Below, one piece after another: positions 57,901 to 64,000 of a stretch of DNA of 64,000 bases. The notes under the pieces were generated by a model. That model saw only the letters and a program-made list of their open reading frames with translations, did no database searches and was not told where the DNA came from. The DNA comes from Desulfatiglandales bacterium (GTDB lineage Bacteria > Desulfobacterota > DSM-4660 > Desulfatiglandales > HGW-15), in NCBI GenBank assembly GCA_963667015.2, contig CAXXJJ010000003.1, positions 64,001-128,000 on the forward strand, given 5' to 3'. How positions within the stretch are numbered: position 1 is the stretch's first letter; the number at the start of each line of letters is the position of its first letter. Position numbers and translations under genes: made by a program.

Positions 57901-58935
57901 ACAGACAATCCGGTTATCACGATCAACAAGCGCCAGATTGGTGCTTGTCGATCCCACGTCAATCCCCAGATAACATTCCCGGAGGGTATTGTTATCATGC
58001 TCCAAAGGATCACGGATATGTTTATCCAGGCCGTCATTTTCTCCATAGGTTAACAATGGCGGCAGTTTAAAACTGTAGTCATAATCCCGGAAAAACGTAT
58101 CCCTTTGTTCACAGAGGTCCAGAATACGCTGAATGTTGATCCTGTTTTTTTCTTTGTTTGCTGTTACTGCGGCCCCTAAAGCGCCGATACAGGAAAAATG
58201 ATCGGGAATAATTAACTCCTGCCTGCCGAGATTCAGTTCCTTTTTTAGAACATCAATAATCGTCCGGTTGTACGCCACACCTCCTGCAAACAAAACGGGT
58301 TTTTGAATCGGCTGCCTTTTTATGACTGCAACACGATAGTTTTTGACCATAGCATGGGCGAGACCAAGTAAAATATCCTCGACCGGGACACCCTCCTGCT
58401 GATGATGAATGATGTCCGTTTTAGCAAACACACTGCATCGTCCTGCTATACGCGGTATGGATTTTCCTTTGTCGGCATAAAGGGAGTAGTCTTCCGGTTT
58501 CAGGTTCAAGCGGGACATCTGTTCTTCCAGAAATGAACCGGTTCCGGCAGAACAGCTCGAATTAATGGAGATGCTTATACGTGATTTATCTTCCGAATTA
58601 AGGTTTGTTATGTATTTGGCGCTTTGTCCGCCGATCTCAATAATTGAAGCTGCATTGGGCGCCAGATAAGCCGCCCCCTCTATAATGGCTGTTACTTCAT
58701 TGGTGAAATTGTTTTGCTCATTTCCGTCTATAAATTTGGAGCTGCTTCCTGTAAACATTCCATAGAATATTTCTGCCTGTTTATAATCGGCCGGCAGTTC
58801 ATTGATTATTGCAGTAAGCACCTGTTTTATTTCTCCGTGATGCAGCCTGTACATATCTTTTATTATTTTGTTGTTTTGATCAACCAGTACAACACTGATG
58901 GATGAATATCCGATATCAATTCCCAAACTATACAT
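54919..58935 (-). CDS. Acyl-CoA dehydratase activase (two BadF/BadG/BcrA/BcrD ATPase domains + DUF2229)
   Basis: LGIDIG / EIGGQSAK / CSAGTGSF / RCSVFA and LGIDVGSTST / EIGGQDSK / CAAGTGSF / RCTVF; ETCYPVK; GCGPDS. Confidence 0.92.
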   Translation of the reverse strand: MYSLGIDIGYSSISVVLVDQNNKIIKDMYRLHHGEIKQVLTAIINELPADYKQAEIFYGMFTGSSSKFIDGNEQNNFTNEVTAIIEGAAYLAPNAASIIEIGGQSAKYITNLNSEDKSRISISINSSCSAGTGSFLEEQMSRLNLKPEDYSLYADKGKSIPRIAGRCSVFAKTDIIHHQQEGVPVEDILLGLAHAMVKNYRVAVIKRQPIQKPVLFAGGVAYNRTIIDVLKKELNLGRQELIIPDHFSCIGALGAAVTANKEKNRINIQRILDLCEQRDTFFRDYDYSFKLPPLLTYGENDGLDKHIRDPLEHDNNTLRECYLGIDVGSTSTNLALVDRDNRIVCFKYLRTMGNPVKAVIKGLGEIRDEAAERIKIIGAGVTGSGRHMTGRLVGADVIKDEITSQAKAAVTIDSEVDTIFEIGGQDSKYISLKDGNVTDFQMNKICAAGTGSFIEEQAAKFNIPVNDFGNIALAGKNPVNLGERCTVFMESSIAACLSDGAEMDDIAAGLSYSIVKNYLNRVVGGKKIGNKIFFQGAVAYNQGVVNAFRAMTEKQIHVPRFFSITGAYGVAILAKEEMKTKQSAFKGFDIQVNEMETFRPEKSGYKSTTAGRFNTKIQSMIFDGYEGLIDRNKKTVGIPRTLFTYGMFPMFHEIFKDLGLNVILSDPSNENTIRLGQEYSLDETCYPVKLINGHVAELVEKKVDYIFFPDLYTVMHPGSHTRKDFGCAYMQLAFKLVSRAMDLKNKGIELLAPTIAFSLGKDFMMKSFLQLGKQLGKTKDQTLSAFQKGMKSFLDFEKRMEKNTTKMLRDIGPDEKVIFIVSKIYGVADPLLNLGIPDMLIDKGYKVFPLCSLPELDISKTHPNMYWPFSKHILETGRLIKRNLNFYGIFLSHHGCGPDSVTSHFFNEIMAGKPYLNIEVDEHSSCVGVVTRIEAFLNCLDKMPTKKSAELGCLKFERSPGCLEEVSYRPVKITTDIHELKKSRMLYLPNLYPYSDIFAGMLVNKGFKAEVMQASTPSSVDTGRRHTLTNEYLSLAVLLGDVFKSLENNNEPDNSISFFIPQTEGAEVDGQYARMVRTKLDQEGLRDVDIFSPFIEDTLFFRDAQMICLGLIAGDIIRNADGKNQNGYLDNLIRIIETRELGIGYLQEMAKQISIEQGFEKNKKRIMVIGEPWIVYNNFLSASLANAIEEKGHKILYSPLSECMWMVWKDFLQQNNKEDKPAAQKRLDDFGKNIKAINDCLSVQSPFENDLNDLFSRADKTVGYYAGANGRYRAAKALCNSPDIHGIITVSSTYENTGISLDILNRGITDKNPVLNLTFDGNRSGSDQTKLDAFIRYL

Positions 58936-59302
58936 TTTTGTTCTCCAATAAAATTGCTTTCATGTTACTGATTCACATTGCCAATGGTAGTAAAGGTTAG
59001 CGATTTGACAGGATTTTGTCTTATGAGGGGTGCATTTTTATTTATGCTTAAGGCAATCGTTGCCTGATTATTACTTAGTGGCTGTCCATTAAGATGGCAT
59101 CCGGATTAAAATATCAGCTTGTGCCGCAATCATAAAAAATAATGCATATATCAAAAGACATGAAACTAAAGGTAATGCTATCAAGGGCCGCACTGTCTGC
59201 AGTGATGTTCCGGGCTGTAAAATACATAAACGTACATTCCTGACAGATATCAAAAAAATAATCGGCCGAAGCCGCTTGTGCATGTCTTTGAAAAGGCAAG
59301 TT

Positions 59303-59385
59303 GAGACCTTTGTATAACCGGATGAATATTATGATCTGCTTTTTAAATTAAAAAACATATATTAAAGAAACTGTGCAAAGGTCTC
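59303..59385. repeat. 83-bp element bounded by GAGACCTTTG...CAAAGGTCTC inverted repeats (MITE-like)
   Basis: 10-bp perfect terminal IR around an AT-rich interior; no target-site duplication seen. Confidence 0.45.
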
Positions 59386-59442
59386 ATAACCTGATTAATT
59401 AAAAATGGGCCGCCCATGTTTTAGATGGCAGCCCGGATATAA

Positions 59443-59507
59443 CATAAAAAAAGCCATGAAGGTTTATCTCCCCCTGAAGGGAACATACCGTCATGGCTTT
59501 TTTTATG
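59443..59507 (+). terminator. Terminator-like hairpin with 17-bp perfect arms in the leader of the last TonB receptor
   Basis: CATAAAAAAAGCCATGA (59443-59459) / TCATGGCTTTTTTTATG (59491-59507), immediately before the AAAGGAG RBS. Confidence 0.6.
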
Positions 59508-59521
59508 AAAGGAGCACTGAA

Positions 59522-61660
59522 ATGAAGGTGAAAATGATCCCGGTTATTCTTGCTTTGTTATTATCATGTACGGCAGAAGCTGAAGAAAAATCTGCTTACA
59601 TACTCGATGAAATACAGGTTGTCGGTGAAAAAATGAATGGCGAGATTGCATATACTCCCGAAAAGACAAGTATCGATGTGGTTTCCTATCAAAATGCCGG
59701 GATACCTCAGAACATCGGGGATATCATAAAGGATCAGCCTGTTATCGATTTCCGCGGGGCAACCGACCTTATCCCCGGTGACCTTGTTGATGGTGATGAT
59801 ACTCTCTGGATGAGGGGATTCAGCAGCAACCGGTTTGTCACTGCAATTGACGGTTCAAACATCCACAAGGCCGGAGGGCGCCAGACATTTCATGTAGTGG
59901 ACTATTCCCTGCTGCCCACGTTCCTGATCGACAGGGTAGAAATCCTGCCCGGTCCTCATTCTGCGCTGTATCCCGGACAGAGCATCGGCGGTGTGGTTAA
60001 CCTGATTACAAAAAGGCCTGAATCATACGACACCCTGAAACCAAAGGCATATATCAGAGCAAGCTACAAATCCTATGATACTCAGAATCACAGTATCTAT
60101 CTCAGGGGCGGGGGTGAAAAATTTACATATGATACCGGATATCAGCGGTATGCCACGGATGGTTCCCTGAGACATGCAGAAGCGGAAATAGACACATTTT
60201 TCGGCCGTATCGGATATATTACACCCAATGAAGGGTATGTTGCCTTTACTGTTTCCCATACGGATGCAGAGCGTCTGATTCCCGTTAAAAATGATCAGAG
60301 TCTTTCGGATTATGACGGCAGCTATCCTGTGGTAACCACATCCTCCTATTACCAGTGGCAGAATCCGAACTGGGATGAAGAGGCCATATCCTACCGGTTT
60401 AATTATAATCAGCCCTCATCGATCGGTACCTGGGATTTGAATGCCTATTATTCCGAAGAAGAGTGGAAAAGGACAACCCTGCGCACGAACAGTGATGGAA
60501 TATATGATGCAGGGTGGGAATCGACATGGCGCCAGCAGGGAGCAAAACTGCAGGACACTGTTACATTTTCCGACAGGCTTCAGGCAGTTATCGGTGCAGA
60601 GCTCCAGCAGTTCTATGACAGCTATGACTCAAAACTGAGATCACCTTCTGCCTTTGATGACCAGAAAAGGGTGGAGAATATATCAGGCTTTGTACAAGAG
60701 CGGTGGCAGGTTATTCCCCGTCTCACGCTTACAGCCGGTCTGCGATATGAACACGCGGAAATATGCGTGGATAATCTTTCCAGTAAAACCGGAACCCTGC
60801 TTATTACCGGAAAGCCCCGATGGATTAAACGCAGTTTTGATGAAGTACTTCCGAAATCATTTCTTACCTATGAGCTTGATGATCTTGCAACAGGCCTGAG
60901 AGATACATCGGTTTCCATGGGCATAAGTAAGATCTGGAGGGCATCGATCAATTTTGGTGATTTCAATCCCAAGGGGATGCCTGCCGGGGCATGGACAGAG
61001 CCCGAACATGGTATCGGATATGATATTGTATTTTCCAGGCGATTGATCAGCGACATTAATATGAAGATCAATTACGCCTGTTATGAAATAAAAGACTACC
61101 TTGCCTGGAACTGGGATTATGCGCAATATACCCCAGGCAGCGGCAACACGGTTACCCCTGGTATGGAATACATGGATTACATTATCAACCTGGAAGAAAT
61201 CACCCGCCATGGCCTTGAACTGCAATTAAGCGGACACCTTACCGATAAACTTGCCTTCAACCTGGGATATGCATACCAGACATTTGATAATAAAGGTAGT
61301 GAACCTGCCGGGCAGGCGGCCCTGGATAATTTTGCCGAGAACAGAATCAACGCGGGACTGCGTTATAACCTGTTTAAAAATACAATGCTGTTTCTGGACT
61401 ATAAATACCAGGATGAACAGGTTGTTCAAAAATCCGAAGAGATTGCAGCGGACGAATGGGTATTTACGGAAATCCCCATGGACGAGTATCATGTTTTTGA
61501 CCTGGCAATTCAGCAGAAAATATTCAAACAATGGGGCGCGTTTAATAACGGCGTCATAAAGGCATTTGTCAATAACCTGTTTGATCATAAGTATGAGAAT
61601 CTCAGCGGATATCCGGCAACGGATCGAACATTCGGCATTGCCTTTGATTTTGATATCTAA
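59522..61660 (+). CDS. TonB-dependent receptor
   Basis: Start moved to ATG 59522 (AAAGGAG RBS; signal peptide MKVKMIPVILALLLSCTAEA); DRVEILPGPHSALYPGQSIGGVVNLITK. Confidence 0.9.
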   Translation: MKVKMIPVILALLLSCTAEAEEKSAYILDEIQVVGEKMNGEIAYTPEKTSIDVVSYQNAGIPQNIGDIIKDQPVIDFRGATDLIPGDLVDGDDTLWMRGFSSNRFVTAIDGSNIHKAGGRQTFHVVDYSLLPTFLIDRVEILPGPHSALYPGQSIGGVVNLITKRPESYDTLKPKAYIRASYKSYDTQNHSIYLRGGGEKFTYDTGYQRYATDGSLRHAEAEIDTFFGRIGYITPNEGYVAFTVSHTDAERLIPVKNDQSLSDYDGSYPVVTTSSYYQWQNPNWDEEAISYRFNYNQPSSIGTWDLNAYYSEEEWKRTTLRTNSDGIYDAGWESTWRQQGAKLQDTVTFSDRLQAVIGAELQQFYDSYDSKLRSPSAFDDQKRVENISGFVQERWQVIPRLTLTAGLRYEHAEICVDNLSSKTGTLLITGKPRWIKRSFDEVLPKSFLTYELDDLATGLRDTSVSMGISKIWRASINFGDFNPKGMPAGAWTEPEHGIGYDIVFSRRLISDINMKINYACYEIKDYLAWNWDYAQYTPGSGNTVTPGMEYMDYIINLEEITRHGLELQLSGHLTDKLAFNLGYAYQTFDNKGSEPAGQAALDNFAENRINAGLRYNLFKNTMLFLDYKYQDEQVVQKSEEIAADEWVFTEIPMDEYHVFDLAIQQKIFKQWGAFNNGVIKAFVNNLFDHKYENLSGYPATDRTFGIAFDFDI

Positions 61661-61680
61661 AAACTACAGACAGGAAAAAA

Positions 61681-62820
61681 GTGAAAAACATAAAAACCGG
61701 AAAGGCAATACTAACAGTATATGTAACATGGCTGATCTTCTTTCTTGGTCTTGCGGCAGGATGCAGTGATCAAAAAGATAAAGGCGAACAATATGGCAGC
61801 CTGAGAATAATAAAAGACTGCATGGGCAGGGAAGTCAGGATTCCGGACAGAGTCGAAAGAATAGTAGACCTGGCATTGCTCGACGGTGTGCGCACCCTGG
61901 TGGAACTGGGCGCTGACAGCAGGCTTGCCGGAACAAACAATACTGTTAAAAACTTTATGTACGGAGAAGAGGGCAGATCATACTCCTGCTGGTTTGCCCC
62001 GCCGGAGGTGGCTCCGTATCTTAAGGACCTTGTAAGCGTGGGAGAATGCAGGGAGCCGAATATTGAGCTTATAAAATCCCTTGATCCCGATGTTATTTTT
62101 GCATATGCCTCCTATGCAGGATTGGCCGGGGCCCTTGAAAAGCAGACAGGTATTCCGGTTGTATTCATCAGGTCTTCGGGTTGTCTTGATTTTAAGATGC
62201 ATAAACTGGTTGCGGAAATAACAGGCAAAACAGAACGAGCAGATGAACTTGCTGACTATGCAAGGGAAAAGGTTAAAAAGATTACAGTCAGGAATTCTCA
62301 ACTGTCTGCAGAAAAACGGGTAAAGGTTTTTTTCTGGGGATGGCCTGTCCAGGATTCTCCCAGGACCATTGCTCCCTATGATCCGATCGACCTGGCCGGT
62401 GGTATAAATTTGGCAATGCAGGCAAAGATAAAGCCCTATGAAATATATGATGTGACCAAAGAGCAACTGGCCGTGTGGAACCCTGATATTATATTGCTCC
62501 AGTGGTGGACAAAAAAAGATATAGGCGTAAGAGTCGGAACCATCCTTGCCGATCCGGCACTTCAAACGGTTTCTGCTGTAAAAAACAGGAGCGTATATTA
62601 TTCACGGAGCTTTATGAAAGGATGGGACCCGGCAATGGGCCTGTGCGAAATATACTATCTGGCAAAACTTTTCTATCCGGAATTATATGATGATATGGAT
62701 GTTGAAAAGGAATGCAATGAAATACTGGAACGGTTTTACGGGGTTGAAGGCCTGTATACGGATTTTATTAAAAGCAGCGAACTTCACAGGTGGCAGCTAT
62801 TAGTAAATAGAGTCATTTGA
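61681..62820 (+). CDS. ABC transporter substrate-binding lipoprotein (Fe-siderophore/cobalamin class)
   Basis: Lipobox AAGC; DCMGREVRIP..VERIV; PNIELIKSLDPDVI; WNPDII; SAVKNRSVY. Confidence 0.9.
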   Translation: MKNIKTGKAILTVYVTWLIFFLGLAAGCSDQKDKGEQYGSLRIIKDCMGREVRIPDRVERIVDLALLDGVRTLVELGADSRLAGTNNTVKNFMYGEEGRSYSCWFAPPEVAPYLKDLVSVGECREPNIELIKSLDPDVIFAYASYAGLAGALEKQTGIPVVFIRSSGCLDFKMHKLVAEITGKTERADELADYAREKVKKITVRNSQLSAEKRVKVFFWGWPVQDSPRTIAPYDPIDLAGGINLAMQAKIKPYEIYDVTKEQLAVWNPDIILLQWWTKKDIGVRVGTILADPALQTVSAVKNRSVYYSRSFMKGWDPAMGLCEIYYLAKLFYPELYDDMDVEKECNEILERFYGVEGLYTDFIKSSELHRWQLLVNRVI

Positions 62821-63932
62821 TGTACACAAAATCTGAAACGGACAGGATTGATTTACATTTGATTAAAACAAACCAGAAACATGAGATTTCGGTTGAATAT
62901 CAGAAATATACCGGAAGAAAAAGATTATTTATTTTTATACTGATGGCCGCAACATTTTTGCTTGGAACATACTCAATTACACTGGGGCCGTTAGACATAT
63001 CAATCCCGGAAGTCTATTCCACTATTTTGAACCGGTTTCTGCCTGATTACTTTTCAGCTCCCGGTGAGCTTGCCCAAAGGACCATATGGTTTATGAGACT
63101 ACCCAGGCTGCTTATGGGGCTGGCCTCCGGTTTCAGCCTTGCCATTTCAGGGGCTGTAATGCAGACAGTGCTCAGGAATCCCCTGGCAAGTCCCTTTACC
63201 CTTGGCATATCGGCAGGTGCCGGGTTCGGCGCGGCTCTTGCCATACTGTTTGGAAAAGGCCTGGGAGGAGGAACCTACTTTGTCGTGACAAACGCGTTTT
63301 TCTTTTCTTTATTCACTTCTTTTATTATCCTTGCCCTGTCCAGATTTAAAGGAACCACTCCCGGAAACATGGTGCTTGCAGGCATTGCCCTTTCATACCT
63401 TTTCAGCGCAGGTACTACAATGATGCAATATTTTGCCGAATCATGGGCCGTAACAGAGGTTGTCTTCTGGATGACCGGCAGTCTTGCCAGATCAACATGG
63501 AACAGCCTGAAATTCCTGCTTCCGGTCATGTTAATATGCATACCATATCCCCTGAAAAAAACAGGAGAGTTAAATATAATGAGTTCCGGGGATGATGTCG
63601 CTAAAAGCCTCGGCGCAAATGTTAAGCAAACGCGAATTCTGGTTCTGGTGGCAGTGGCGCTTTTAACATCCACTACAATATGTTTTACCGGAACCATAGG
63701 CTTTATAGGACTTGTGGCGCCTCATATTGCAAGAATGATACTGGGCGGGGATAACCGTTTTGTTGTACCGGGAGCAGGATTTATCGGGGCATTGCTTTTA
63801 AGCGGATCTGACATGATAGCAATGAACATTATCCCTCCGACTGTTATCCCGATAGGAATTATGACATCCTTTTTGGGTGTGCCGCTTTTTCTTTACCTGA
63901 TTATGAAAAACAGGAGTGAATTCTGGGGATAG
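62817..63932 (+). CDS. FecCD/BtuC family ABC permease
   Basis: RLPR; RNPLASPFTLGISAGA; GTIGFIGLVAPHIAR; IPIGIMTSFLGVP. Confidence 0.93.
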   Translation: MMYTKSETDRIDLHLIKTNQKHEISVEYQKYTGRKRLFIFILMAATFLLGTYSITLGPLDISIPEVYSTILNRFLPDYFSAPGELAQRTIWFMRLPRLLMGLASGFSLAISGAVMQTVLRNPLASPFTLGISAGAGFGAALAILFGKGLGGGTYFVVTNAFFFSLFTSFIILALSRFKGTTPGNMVLAGIALSYLFSAGTTMMQYFAESWAVTEVVFWMTGSLARSTWNSLKFLLPVMLICIPYPLKKTGELNIMSSGDDVAKSLGANVKQTRILVLVAVALLTSTTICFTGTIGFIGLVAPHIARMILGGDNRFVVPGAGFIGALLLSGSDMIAMNIIPPTVIPIGIMTSFLGVPLFLYLIMKNRSEFWG

Positions 63933-64000
63933 AACTTAAAATAAAAAATGTTACCTTTAAGTATGACACACTGCCGGTTCTTGAAGATATTACCTTTGAG
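63923..64000 (+). CDS. ABC transporter ATPase (FecE/BtuD-like), N-terminal fragment at the window end
   Basis: Frame reads LGIELKIKNVTFKYDTLPVLEDITFE, a typical ABC ATPase N-terminus, in the expected position after the permease. Confidence 0.65.
   Translation, partial: MGIELKIKNVTFKYDTLPVLEDITFE

Noticed and set aside
59405..59521. 39-residue N-terminal extension of the last TonB receptor in the ORF track
   Set aside because: It runs through hairpin structures; the RBS and signal peptide support ATG 59522.
1..64000. Integrase, transposase, tRNA or rRNA marking island boundaries
   Set aside because: None recognised, so mobility of the region cannot be claimed from this window.

Overview
A 64-kb, mostly plus-strand iron/tetrapyrrole-acquisition region, probably from an anaerobic deltaproteobacterium (Desulfobacterales-like; an inference from gene content). 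It holds six TonB-dependent receptors, a flavodoxin, FeoAB, an hmuRSTUV-like module (TonB receptor, DUF2162, ExbB-like, DUF2149, exported CobN-like chelatase), two IrtAB/YbtPQ-like ABC pairs, an MptD-type ECF transporter, three PchR/YbtA-like AraC regulators, seven small-molecule SAM methyltransferase genes, a divergent CcsA/ResB pair, an RND/LolA-like/beta-barrel trio, a ParB-DNA methyltransferase fusion and an acyl-CoA dehydratase activase. The main unexplained signal is non-coding. Four copies of one structured RNA leader (1607, 7462, 33539, 40248) each follow a TTGACA promoter and a TTAG-N6-CTAA palindromic box. Each copy has a conserved CUUACGGC..CG-[covarying hairpin]-GYGU...AGUGAAGG core running into an intrinsic terminator. 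This is a candidate undescribed attenuator/riboswitch or multicopy iron-responsive sRNA, and a possible trans-acting STAS-like plus sigma4-HTH protein pair lies behind copy 1. Other oddities are a perfect 34-bp palindrome inside the parB-MTase gene, an apparent CobN-HU fusion explainable by one extra G, an amber-interrupted methyltransferase, and three apparently leaderless, autoregulated repressors. All calls come from reading the sequence by eye, with no database searches.
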